64,000 nucleotides of DNA from an uncultured Prevotellaceae bacterium. Its GTDB lineage: Bacteria; Bacteroidota; Bacteroidia; Bacteroidales; Muribaculaceae. The notes beneath the pieces were generated by a model. That model searched no databases, was not told where the DNA came from, and saw only the letters and a program-made list of their open reading frames with translations. Below, in pieces: positions 1-8,926 of this stretch. Location of the stretch: assembly GCA_947165675.1 (NCBI GenBank), contig CAMVBJ010000002.1, forward strand, positions 45,570 to 109,569, read 5' to 3'. The translations under genes were made by a program, and so were the position numbers. Each line of letters begins with the position of its first letter. Within the stretch, counting starts at the first letter, position 1.

Positions 1-244
1 TGTGCACGATGACTTCGGCTTCGCCTTGATAGACGCTGCTCTGGAATGCGCACAATGGACAGTCCACAGTGGCTTTGATGGCCGTAATGTGGCCATTGTG
101 GACCGTGTGATCGATACACTCATGGCAGGGCTCGTTGTTGCCAGCGAGTTCGGGATGGACATGCAATGACGATAGGAGCACCATCGGGATAAACACCGAT
201 AGCAGCAACCACGCTGACCAATATGCTTTGTCCAATTGTTTCAT
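1..244 (-). CDS. Small His/Cys-rich membrane-anchored protein (DUF2946/CruR-like), 3' end runs off the window
   Basis: Hand translation from ATG at 244: MKQLDKAYWSAWLLLSVFIPMVLLSSLHVHPELAGNNEPCHECIDHTVHNGHITAIKATVDCPLCAFQSS...; hydrophobic N-terminus, HxH, two CxxC motifs; TACTTTTG -7 promoter at 253-260 on the minus strand. Absent from the ORF track because it is truncated. Confidence 0.65.
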   Translation of the reverse strand, partial: MKQLDKAYWSAWLLLSVFIPMVLLSSLHVHPELAGNNEPCHECIDHTVHNGHITAIKATVDCPLCAFQSSVYQGEAEVIVH

Positions 245-294
245 TATGAGTGCAAAAGTAGGAAAAAGATTGAAAAGTGTATAATGAAATAGAC

Positions 295-333
295 AAAAAA
301 ACAAGTCCATAGCAATTGACTTGCAGTGGACTT
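295..333 (-). terminator. Intrinsic terminator after the ECF sigma operon
   Basis: AAGTCCA (303-309) / TGGACTT (327-333) stem with inner GCAA/TTGC pairing, followed by a T-run on the minus strand. Confidence 0.6.
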
Positions 334-415
334 ATCCGTGTAGTGTGGTTTTTAGGCTGAAAAGATTTAAGTCAATAACAAAATTACATGTTATCCTTGT
401 TTTACTTAATCTCAT

Positions 416-847
416 TTATTTCTTGCGCTTCTTTAGCATCTCACGAGTGAATTTGGCCTCGGTCTGTTTGAGTAAGAAGAGCTGTTTCTTGGACAAGATT
501 TTAGAAAACTTGTCGAAGTACTTAGCTTCGATTTCGCCTTCTCGAATTCGCGTACTTGACAGTGCTGATGCTGCCGCCTCGTAGTCGCGGTCACTCGGAT
601 TCTTCTTGTTCTCGATTTCTTTAGCCAGGGCGCGAGCGTTGCGGTTCACTTGATAGATTTCCCGTTCCATCTGCTCGTAGAGTGGCATGAACTGCTTCTG
701 CTGTGTCATGGTCAAGCCTAATTCCTCAATGATCATCTCATGCTTGGCCTGATACATGTCTGTCGCAAATTTTGTGCGCCCGTTCTGAGCAGTTGCCACA
801 GTGGTGAGAGCCATAACCATTATCAGTATAGAAACTATCCTTTTCAT
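416..847 (-). CDS. Periplasmic helical Spy/CpxP-like protein
   Basis: Signal peptide; LGLTxxQQKQFMPLY motif; charged helical protein; third gene of an ECF sigma/anti-sigma trio. Confidence 0.7.
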   Translation of the reverse strand: MKRIVSILIMVMALTTVATAQNGRTKFATDMYQAKHEMIIEELGLTMTQQKQFMPLYEQMEREIYQVNRNARALAKEIENKKNPSDRDYEAAASALSSTRIREGEIEAKYFDKFSKILSKKQLFLLKQTEAKFTREMLKKRKK

Positions 848-869
848 AGTTCAGTTCCTCCTTCTGGTT

Positions 870-1274
870 TTACTGTTGGTCGTTAGTAAAATCTTCCTCA
901 TTGCTCATCATGACCGAGTCCTCGTAGTTGAGAATGTCGTAATCGCTCACTGAACCGCTCATGATAAAGTCATCAACATTGCTCTTGTCATCTTGCAATT
1001 TCTCGGCAACTTCGCTGATTCTTAAGGCATTGCCCGAGTCGGTAAAATGACTGAAGACCGATAGCATGCACCACACGCCAGCAAACATGGCGGCCATATA
1101 GACCAGCGGCCTAACGCGCTGCCACAGGCTTGGCTTGGTGTCAACGGGCGTGATTTCAACATCGGGTAGCATGTCGGCCATGCGCTTGTTGAAATCATCA
1201 AAGTAATTCTCAGGCACTTTAAAGCCTGAATCCTTACCGTATTTGGTTAATATTGTGGAGTCTTCCTGTTTCAT
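870..1274 (-). CDS. Putative membrane anti-sigma factor
   Basis: FKVPENYFDDF motif, one TM helix (LVYMAAMFAGVW), acidic C-terminus; directly downstream of the ECF sigma gene. Start placed at MKQEDS. Confidence 0.7.
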   Translation of the reverse strand: MKQEDSTILTKYGKDSGFKVPENYFDDFNKRMADMLPDVEITPVDTKPSLWQRVRPLVYMAAMFAGVWCMLSVFSHFTDSGNALRISEVAEKLQDDKSNVDDFIMSGSVSDYDILNYEDSVMMSNEEDFTNDQQ

Positions 1275-1327
1275 AACGCCTATTTGACTATGAAATGTCA
1301 AGAAAGTTTAATTGCTGTTCACAAAAA

Positions 1328-1888
1328 TTATTCTGTTTCGCCCAAATATTGTTCGATTTTTTTCACCGCATGATGATATGAGGCTTTGAGTGCGCCTTCA
1401 CTGGTGCCCAAAATTTCGCTCATTTCTTCATACTTCATTTCATCATAGTAGCGCAGGTTGAACACCAGACGCTGTTTCTCGGGAAGGGTAGCAATGGCCT
1501 TCTGGAGGTTGATTTGGGCTTGGTCGCCGTCAAACCACTCGTCGCTTTCGAGCTGGTTGACCAGGAAACTCTCGTCATCGTCGATTGAGAGTTGGTTCAT
1601 TACCTTCTTCTTGTTGACAAACGTGATCGACTCGTTGATGGCAATCTTGTATAGCCAAGTGGACAACTTGGCGTCGCCACGGAAGTTGTCGATGTTGGTC
1701 CACGCTTTCAGGAAGGTGTTCTGCAGCACGTCGTTAGCGTCGTCATGATCAATGACCATGCGACGGATTTGCCAGTAAAGCTGCGAACTATAGTGCTCGA
1801 TTACCTTACCGAATGCCGCCTTGCAAGTCGCCTGATTGTGCAACTGCTCAACGACTTGAGCCTCGTCATATTTCTCTCGTGCTGCCAT
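1328..1888 (-). CDS. ECF RNA polymerase sigma-70 factor
   Basis: Region 2 (DANDVLQNTFLKAW, STWLYKIAINES) and region 4 (LPEKQRLVFNLRYYDEMKYEEMSEILGTSEGALKASYHHA). Confidence 0.95.
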   Translation of the reverse strand: MAAREKYDEAQVVEQLHNQATCKAAFGKVIEHYSSQLYWQIRRMVIDHDDANDVLQNTFLKAWTNIDNFRGDAKLSTWLYKIAINESITFVNKKKVMNQLSIDDDESFLVNQLESDEWFDGDQAQINLQKAIATLPEKQRLVFNLRYYDEMKYEEMSEILGTSEGALKASYHHAVKKIEQYLGETE

Positions 1889-1972
1889 GAAAAATCATTT
1901 TGAGCCGTAAAGTTAGCAAAAAAAATGCCAACTCAGCCCAAAACTGCCATTATTTATGTTTTTTTTATCATT

Positions 1973-2100
1973 TCACTGGCTGCTTGTGGTCATCAACAGT
2001 ACAAGCACAGCGGGCACATTGTTGGCGACATGAAAGATCACGCCCCACCAGAAGCCTAGGTTCACTTAGGCATAGGTAATAGCAACCCCGAGAAGGGCGG
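1973..2100 (-). pseudogene. 3' remnant of a CPBP (CAAX protease/Abi) intramembrane metalloprotease gene
   Basis: Minus-strand frame reads ALLGVAITYA*VNLGFWWGVIFHVANNVPAVLVLLMTTSSQ*, resembling the CPBP C-terminal HxxNN motif; in-frame TAA at 2066-2068; no 5' part present. Confidence 0.55.
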
Positions 2101-2105
2101 GCCGA

Positions 2106-2897
2106 TTAGGGGAACATACTGCCGGCGATGCTGATTTTGTAGCCGTTGTACTTGAAGGATCCGTTAATAGCTTTGCACTGGCTGGAGATGATGAGGTGGA
2201 CATCGGTGATGGTGTAGTGGCCTCCATAGGTGGCCTCTGCGCGATCGGCAGTGATGGTGTAGCCATCAGTTGTCGGTGTCATGGGCAACCCTTGGAATTG
2301 AATCAGGTCGTCCTCAACTACGCCAGATAGGTTTGCGATGAAATTGTTGATCTGCATTACACAAGTCTTGCCCTGGGCATCCTGGGGAGCGAAGAGGTAG
2401 GATGACCCCGTGTGTTGATAGCTGCGGTTGTCCTCAAGGCTGGTAATGGTGCTCGTTGGCGCAGGGAAGTTCAGGTAGGTGGTGACGATGGTCTGCTCAT
2501 ACTCGTTGGTGAACGAGAACCACACTACGCCTGTGTCCAAATTGATCATGCCATTGGGATAACTCCCGTCGAATGTATTGATGGACTCCTTGTCGCTGAA
2601 GGCATACGTGTAGTCGCTCACGAGAATCAATTTCATCTTGGGAGTTGACATTGTGTGGCGTTGTCCCTTATAGTCATTGTAGTCGCAGGTCAATTGAATG
2701 GTGCCCTGGGTGTAATTGAGCTCGATGGTGCCGTTATTCTGCAAGAAGGTAATGGTATTGCCTCGGACGGTCTTGCTGAAGTAGAGAAGTTCGGTGCTCT
2801 GGATTTCATCAGGCTGGTCTGGCTCATCGTCATGTCCACAAGCGCTGAATGTCATGAGCGCAAGCATGCTAAAGAGATAAATAAAAGTTTTTTTCAT
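2106..2897 (-). CDS. Surface lipoprotein (family A), paralog of 10015..10797
   Basis: Lipobox FSAC followed by acidic GHDDEPDQPDE; beta-rich; C-terminal half aligns by eye with 10015..10797 (GYTITAD...YTIT...QC..I.GSFK.NGY...GS.FP). Confidence 0.85.
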   Translation of the reverse strand: MKKTFIYLFSMLALMTFSACGHDDEPDQPDEIQSTELLYFSKTVRGNTITFLQNNGTIELNYTQGTIQLTCDYNDYKGQRHTMSTPKMKLILVSDYTYAFSDKESINTFDGSYPNGMINLDTGVVWFSFTNEYEQTIVTTYLNFPAPTSTITSLEDNRSYQHTGSSYLFAPQDAQGKTCVMQINNFIANLSGVVEDDLIQFQGLPMTPTTDGYTITADRAEATYGGHYTITDVHLIISSQCKAINGSFKYNGYKISIAGSMFP

Positions 2898-2991
2898 TGT
2901 GTTATAGTTTAGATGTTATTGGCTGCAAATATATGCCGTTTTTTCTGATTACACAAAATCTGAACTACAAAATGTGTAAAGATGTGTGGGA

Positions 2992-3882
2992 CTACCGTCG
3001 GAAGCTGGCGGGGGTCATGCCCGTCATTCGCTTGAAGAACTTGATCATGAACGACGGATTGGGAAAATTCATGTCGTCTGCAATGTGCGCAATGGTTTTG
3101 TCGCTGTGCTTGAGCTCGATCTTGATGCGAGTGACCAGGGCATCGTCAATCCACTGCTTGGCACTCTTGCCGCTCACCTGACGGATGATGGTGCTCATGT
3201 AACGTGGTGTGATACACAGGCGCGAGGCATAATAGTCGATAGTATGATGCGTGGGTGCAAACTCACTCACCAACTGGATGAAGTCGGTGAACAGGCGTTG
3301 CTGGCGCGTTTGGTTCTCGCGATAAGTCTGCTCGTGTTGACTCCACAAGTTATCCACATACCACAATAATGCACTCAACAGGTGCAGTGTCACTTGGCTA
3401 CTGCCATTCTGCTGCTTCAAGTGTTGATAAAGTATGGAGTGCAACTGGTCAAGGTATTCCACCTGGGCTGGTTCCAGATGCATCTGGAAGTCGCGCAGGT
3501 GCCCATCAAAGGCAGCGGGAATGCGGTTGCCAATGGCCAGTGAAAACAACTCGTCGCTGATCGAGAGACCAATGCCTCGAACGTCGGTTGAGGCCTCTTT
3601 GTATTGCAGAATTCCATTACTGCCCAGAAACACTAAGTCGCCCTGCTCAAATCTTCGCTCTATCATGTTGATGATGGGAGTTGCCCAGCCACTCTTGATG
3701 ATGAGGATGCGCATCTCGGGCATCAGTGTTGGCTGGCCAAGGATTTGATCCTTGATTAATTCTATTCATACGTTGCGGGCTACAGCCAGGTTGCGTGTGA
3801 TATAGTTGTTGGCCAGCGTCTCATCACGTCCTTCGATGAGTTGCTTGAGCTGGGTGAGGTTTAGTTGTCTTAATTCTGCCAT
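2992..3882 (-). pseudogene. AraC-family transcriptional regulator with an in-frame premature TGA at codon 39 (or a sequencing error)
   Basis: AraC HTH C-terminus (YYASRLCITPRYMS, IAHIADDMNFPNPSFMIKFFKRMTGMTP). The frame continues upstream of 3723 to ATG 3882 (MAELRQLNLTQLKQL...) with a single TGA at 3766-3768; TATCTTTG promoter at 3903-3910. Confidence 0.75.
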
Positions 3883-4006
3883 TGTGGTTTGGTTTTTGGA
3901 CGCAAAGATAATCATTTTTGGCTAAAAATGAGATTTATTTATATATTTTGTACAAAAGGGACATTTATTTCTTTTTATGGATAGAAGACGGTAAGTAATA
4001 AGGTGC

Positions 4007-4014
4007 TACCTTTG
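4007..4014 (+). promoter_or_regulatory. Bacteroidetes -7 promoter element (TACCTTTG) of the efflux operon
   Basis: Matches TAnnTTTG, 25 bp upstream of the tolC-like ATG; divergent from the AraC promoter. Confidence 0.65.
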
Positions 4015-4039
4015 CGGTGACAGAATAATTCACAATGAT

Positions 4040-5305
4040 ATGAAACGGTTATTATTTATTCTCAGCATTTGCATGACGGTCGGTGCCACGGCTCAGACCC
4101 TTGAGGAATGTCAGCAAGCTGCCGAACGCAACTACCCGCTTATCGTTCAGCATGACTTGATTGCTCACACGACCGACCTTACTGTTGATAATATCCAGAA
4201 GGGGTGGCTGCCCCAACTGACTGCCACAGCCCAGGCGACCTATCAAAGTGCGGTCACTGCTTGGCCCGACGAGATGAAAGGGTTGATGCAGCAGATGGGG
4301 GTTGACATGAAGGGGCTGGCCAAGGACCAGTACCGCATCGGTATTGACTTGCAGCAGACGGTGTTTGACGGTGGCATGATCAACGCCCAAAAACAAGTGG
4401 CCCGCGAGCAAGGTGCCGTTAAGCAGGCTCAGCTTGATGTGGATCTATATCAAGTGCGCCAGCGAGTCAACGAGATGTACTTTGGGCTACTGTTGCTTGA
4501 TGACCAGATCAGGCTCAACGGCGACTTGCAAAAACTGCTGACTGCCAGCGAGAAAAAACTCACATCGATGGTCAAGCATGGCACCGCTGCCCAGTGTGAC
4601 CTGAATAATGTCATTGCCGAGCGTCTCAACGTAGTCCAGCAGGAGACCACGCTGGAATCACAGCGCCGCGTGCTGCTGGCGATGCTGGGCACCTTCTGTG
4701 GGCTGGAGATGAGTCAGGTGATTAAACCCGCTGCTATTGAGTCTGTCGAGGGTAATAACCGTCCCGAACTTCGTCTTATCGATAGCCAGTTGCGTCTTGC
4801 CGATGCACAAGATAAGGCTTTAAAGGCAGCCTTGTTGCCTCGCGTGGGCGTGTTTGCCCAGGGCTACTATGGTTACCCGGGTTATAACATGTTTAAGGAC
4901 ATGATGGGGCGTGACTGGTCGTGGAACGGCATGGTCGGTGCCCGCTTGACGTGGAATATCGGCGCTCTCTATACCCACCGCAACGACAAGGCCAAGGTGC
5001 AGTTGCAGCGTGAGACCGCCCAGAACCAGCGCGAGGTGTTCCTGTTCAATAACCGCTTGGAGCAGATGCAGCACAACGAGGCTATCGAGCGTTACCGCAG
5101 CCTCATGTCTCAGGATCAGGAGATTATAGCCTTGAGAGGACAGGTGCGCAAGGCCGCTGAGTCTAAACTCTCGCATGGCATCATTGACGTGAACGACCTG
5201 CTTCGTGACATCAACAGCGAGAATGCCGCTCGGGTGCAGCAATCCATCCACGAGATTGAAATGCTCAAGCAGATGTATGATCTGAAATACACAACGAACA
5301 ATTAA
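4040..5305 (+). CDS. TolC-family outer membrane efflux protein
   Basis: Signal peptide; two OEP repeats (GWLPQLTATAQ, ALLPRVGVFAQ); first gene of a TolC-HlyD-ABC operon. Confidence 0.9.
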   Translation: MKRLLFILSICMTVGATAQTLEECQQAAERNYPLIVQHDLIAHTTDLTVDNIQKGWLPQLTATAQATYQSAVTAWPDEMKGLMQQMGVDMKGLAKDQYRIGIDLQQTVFDGGMINAQKQVAREQGAVKQAQLDVDLYQVRQRVNEMYFGLLLLDDQIRLNGDLQKLLTASEKKLTSMVKHGTAAQCDLNNVIAERLNVVQQETTLESQRRVLLAMLGTFCGLEMSQVIKPAAIESVEGNNRPELRLIDSQLRLADAQDKALKAALLPRVGVFAQGYYGYPGYNMFKDMMGRDWSWNGMVGARLTWNIGALYTHRNDKAKVQLQRETAQNQREVFLFNNRLEQMQHNEAIERYRSLMSQDQEIIALRGQVRKAAESKLSHGIIDVNDLLRDINSENAARVQQSIHEIEMLKQMYDLKYTTNN

Positions 5306-5320
5306 CCAAACAGCATAACG

Positions 5321-6298
5321 ATGAAAAAGATGATGATCATGGCAAGCGTGGCTCTCTTGGTGATGACCGCTTGCGGCAAGAAGGAAAAGGCATTTGACGC
5401 CACAGGAACATTTGAGGCTACCGAGGTGACAATCTCGGCCAAGGCAACTGGCGAGTTGAAATCCTTTGACGTCACCGAGGGGCAGTCTATTGAGGGTGGA
5501 GCCCAGGTGGGACGCATTGATACTTATCAACTGACACTCAAGAAACAGCAGCTTGAGACCCAACGAGGACAGCTTGCCGCAAGCAAGCGTCAACTGTCGT
5601 CTAACCGTTCAGCGACCAGTAGCCAGCAACTGGACTTGAACAAGCAAGTCTCGTCCATCCAGCAACAGATTGCCAACGCACGGCATGAACGCCAACGCTA
5701 TGCCGAACTCGTCAAGGACGGTGCCGTACCACGTAAGCAACTTGACGATATCGACAACCAGATCAAGGTGCTCAATCGTCAACTTGAAGCTACCCGTGAC
5801 CAGATTCGCAGCAATAATGCTGCCCTTGCCGAGCAAGGAAAGGGAATCGGAGCACAGATGGACGGCATTGATGCCCAGATAGCCGGCATTGACGCACAGC
5901 AACGCCAGCTTGATGACCAGATTGCCAATGCCGATATCGTAGCGCCCTATCAAGGTACTGTGCTGGAGAAGTATGCCGAGCAAGGCGAGTTTGTATCGAC
6001 AGGTAAACCGTTGTTCAAAATGGCCAATGTGGATAATATGTTTATCCGTGCCTATGTTACCACGGCTCAGTTGCAGAACATCAAGGTGGGGCAGCAATGC
6101 AAGGTGTTTGCCGACTATGGTGACGGCCATAAGAAAGAATATCCCGGTACCGTCACCTGGATTTCAAGCCGCTCGGAATTCACCCCCAAGACGATACTGA
6201 CCGACGACGAGCGTGCCGACCTGGTTTATGCCGTCAAGATTGCGATCAAGAACGATGGCTATGTCAAGATAGGCATGTATGGCGAGGTGAAGTTTTAG
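5321..6298 (+). CDS. HlyD-family membrane fusion protein (YbhG-like), lipoprotein
   Basis: Lipobox MTAC; GTFEATEVTISAK; long coiled coil; SEFTPKTILT..ER..LVYAVKI motif. Confidence 0.92.
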   Translation: MKKMMIMASVALLVMTACGKKEKAFDATGTFEATEVTISAKATGELKSFDVTEGQSIEGGAQVGRIDTYQLTLKKQQLETQRGQLAASKRQLSSNRSATSSQQLDLNKQVSSIQQQIANARHERQRYAELVKDGAVPRKQLDDIDNQIKVLNRQLEATRDQIRSNNAALAEQGKGIGAQMDGIDAQIAGIDAQQRQLDDQIANADIVAPYQGTVLEKYAEQGEFVSTGKPLFKMANVDNMFIRAYVTTAQLQNIKVGQQCKVFADYGDGHKKEYPGTVTWISSRSEFTPKTILTDDERADLVYAVKIAIKNDGYVKIGMYGEVKF

Positions 6299-6348
6299 AT
6301 AATCTAAATCGTTGTTATTTGTGCATCTGGAAATAGAGGGAACCAGCA

Positions 6349-7809
6349 ATGAATGCGATTGAGGTAAATAATGTGACCAAGAGTTATGGGGCTGTCAAGG
6401 CGCTCGATGACGTGTCGTTCACCGTGGGCAAGGGTGAGGTGTTCGGTCTCATCGGACCCGACGGTGCTGGCAAGACATCGATGTATCGCATCCTGTGTAC
6501 CCTGCTGTTGCCCGATAGAGGCGCGGCGACGGTCGATGGCTTTGACGTGGTGAAGCAGATGAAGCCGATTCGCGGCAGGGTGGGGTATATGCCTGGCAAG
6601 TTCTCGCTTTATGAAGACTTGACCGTCGAGGAGAACCTGCGGTTCTTTGCCCAGTTGTTTGGCACAACTGTCGAGGAGGGCTATGACAGCATCAAGGCGA
6701 TTTATAGCCAGATTGCACGATTCAAGGACCGCAAGGCTGGTGCCCTGTCGGGCGGTATGAAGCAGAAGTTGGCACTCTCCTGCGCCCTGGTACACCAGCC
6801 CAGTGTACTCTTTCTGGACGAACCCACCACGGGTGTTGATCCCGTGTCACGCAAGGAATTCTGGGATATGTTAGGGGAACTCAAGGAACGCAATATCACC
6901 ATTGTGGCCTCGACACCCTATCTCGACGAGGTGCGCCGCTGCGAGCGGGTGGCGTTTCTTGATCAAGGCAAGGTGCGAGGCATTGGCACCCCCGAGGATA
7001 TCTTGACGCGTTTTGCCGACATCTTCAACCCACCCGGCATCGACCATGTCCAGGGAGGTGAGGTCAAGGAGGAGAATGTCATCGAGGTAGAACACTTGGT
7101 CAAGGCATTCGGGTCATTCCATGCCGTTGATGACATCAGCTTCACGGTCAAGCGTGGAGAAATCTTTGGATTCCTGGGCGCTAACGGTGCTGGCAAGACT
7201 ACTGCAATGCACATGCTCACAGGTCTCAACCAGCCGACGGGAGGAACTGGCCGTGTGGTGGGCTATGACATCCGCACCGAGCATGAGCAGATCAAGAAGC
7301 ACATCGGCTACATGAGTCAGCGCTTCTCTCTCTATGAGGATTTGACCGTTGCCGAGAATATTCGTCTGTTTGCAGGCATCTACGGCATGGATGACAAGGA
7401 AATTGCCCGTAAGACTGACCAATTGCTGGAGCGCCTGCAATTTGCCGATCACAAGAATGCCCTTGTGGCCTCACTGCCATTAGGCTGGAAACAGAAGTTG
7501 GCTTTCTCGGTCAGCATCTTCCACGAGCCAGGTATCGTGTTCCTCGATGAGCCCACTGGCGGTGTGGATCCCGCAACGAGGCGTCAGTTCTGGGAACTGA
7601 TTTATGATGCTGCCAGCCGTGGTATCACAGTGTTTGTTACGACCCACTACATGGATGAGGCAGAGTACTGTGACCGAGTCTCCATCATGGTGGATGGCAA
7701 GATCAAGGCCATGGGTACTCCCGGGGAATTGAAACAGAAGTTTAACCAGCCTGATATGGACCACGTGTTCACCTATCTGGCACGTCAAGCAACGCGTGGC
7801 AGTGATTAG
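6349..7809 (+). CDS. ABC transporter ATP-binding protein with two NBDs (YbhF-like)
   Basis: Walker A GPDGAGKT and GANGAGKT; signature LSGGMKQK; two Walker B FLDEPT motifs. Confidence 0.95.
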   Translation: MNAIEVNNVTKSYGAVKALDDVSFTVGKGEVFGLIGPDGAGKTSMYRILCTLLLPDRGAATVDGFDVVKQMKPIRGRVGYMPGKFSLYEDLTVEENLRFFAQLFGTTVEEGYDSIKAIYSQIARFKDRKAGALSGGMKQKLALSCALVHQPSVLFLDEPTTGVDPVSRKEFWDMLGELKERNITIVASTPYLDEVRRCERVAFLDQGKVRGIGTPEDILTRFADIFNPPGIDHVQGGEVKEENVIEVEHLVKAFGSFHAVDDISFTVKRGEIFGFLGANGAGKTTAMHMLTGLNQPTGGTGRVVGYDIRTEHEQIKKHIGYMSQRFSLYEDLTVAENIRLFAGIYGMDDKEIARKTDQLLERLQFADHKNALVASLPLGWKQKLAFSVSIFHEPGIVFLDEPTGGVDPATRRQFWELIYDAASRGITVFVTTHYMDEAEYCDRVSIMVDGKIKAMGTPGELKQKFNQPDMDHVFTYLARQATRGSD

Positions 7810-7853
7810 GTTTTAGGGCATGATTATTAAATAGGAAACAAAAAACTGAATAT

Positions 7854-8915
7854 ATGAAACAGTTTTTCTCATTTGTCATCAAGGAGGGTAAGCATATCGT
7901 GCGCGACAAGCGAACGGTGCTCATCCTGTTCGGTATGCCGCTGGTGTTGATGTTGCTCTTTGGTTTTGCTATTACCAATGATGTTAAGAATGTGCGCACG
8001 GTGGTGGTGACCAGTTCGATGGACCACTTGACGCGGCAGGCGGTTGATAGGCTTGCGGCTTCGGAGTACTTTACCATCACTCAGGTCGTGGCTACTCCCA
8101 GGGATGCCGAGCGCGTCATCAGGGGACAAAAGGCTGATATGGCTATTGTCTTCGGCCCAGAGTTTGCTTCCAGGCGCAGTGGTGTGCAGTTTATTGTTGA
8201 CGGCGCTGATCCCAACATGGCCCAGCAATGGACCAACTATGCCACAGGCGTGATGCTCAATGCCCAGGGTGGGGCTGTCAATACCAAGATGCTCTATAAT
8301 CCACAGATGAGGTCCGCCTACAATTTTGTGCCAGCCATCATGGGTATGTTGCTGATGCTGGTGTGTGCGATGATGACATCCATCTCGATTGTTCGTGAGA
8401 AGGAGAAGGGTACAATGGAAGTGTTGCTTGTCTCTCCTGTTAAGCCGCTGATGATTATCATTGCCAAGGCTATTCCTTATCTGGCGCTTGCCTTTATTAT
8501 CCTGATAATTATCATGTTGATGGCGCGCTATGTGCTGGGGGTGCCACTGGCTGGCTCACTGTTCTGGATCATCGTTATTTCGGTCATTTACATCTTGTTG
8601 GCGCTCTCGTTAGGTCTGCTCATCAGTAATGTCGCCAAGACACAACTGGTGGCTCTCTTGCTGTCGGCAATGGTGTTGCTGGTGCCCATTGTGATGCTCA
8701 GCGGCATGATCTTTCCGGTGGAATCGATGCCCGAGATTTTGCAGTGGATTTCGGCTATTATCCCGCCGAGATACTATATCGACGCGATGCGCAAGTTGAT
8801 GATTATGGGTGTTGGCATTCAGGATGTTGCCCGTGAGGTGCTGATTCTTGTGGGAATGGTAGTCGTGCTGATGACCCTTGCCCTAGCCAAATTTAATAAA
8901 CGACTCGAATATTAA
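7854..8915 (+). CDS. ABC-2 type permease (YbhS-like)
   Basis: YNP...YNFVPAIMG, SIVREKEKGTMEVLL, LSGMIFPVESMP motifs. Confidence 0.92.
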   Translation: MKQFFSFVIKEGKHIVRDKRTVLILFGMPLVLMLLFGFAITNDVKNVRTVVVTSSMDHLTRQAVDRLAASEYFTITQVVATPRDAERVIRGQKADMAIVFGPEFASRRSGVQFIVDGADPNMAQQWTNYATGVMLNAQGGAVNTKMLYNPQMRSAYNFVPAIMGMLLMLVCAMMTSISIVREKEKGTMEVLLVSPVKPLMIIIAKAIPYLALAFIILIIIMLMARYVLGVPLAGSLFWIIVISVIYILLALSLGLLISNVAKTQLVALLLSAMVLLVPIVMLSGMIFPVESMPEILQWISAIIPPRYYIDAMRKLMIMGVGIQDVAREVLILVGMVVVLMTLALAKFNKRLEY

Positions 8916-8926
8916 TTGTTGTAGAT

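Noticed and set aside
2949-2979. TTACACA-N17-TGTGTAA palindrome with ACAAAAT direct repeats upstream of lipoprotein 2106..2897
   Set aside because: Short, AT-rich and seen only once; could be chance.
3766-3768. Selenocysteine or genetic-code reassignment to explain the AraC TGA
   Set aside because: No SECIS-like hairpin seen, and TGA is used as a normal stop in many genes in this window.
5850-5905. 21-bp tandem duplication in the HlyD gene
   Set aside because: A single heptad expansion in a coiled coil; ordinary.
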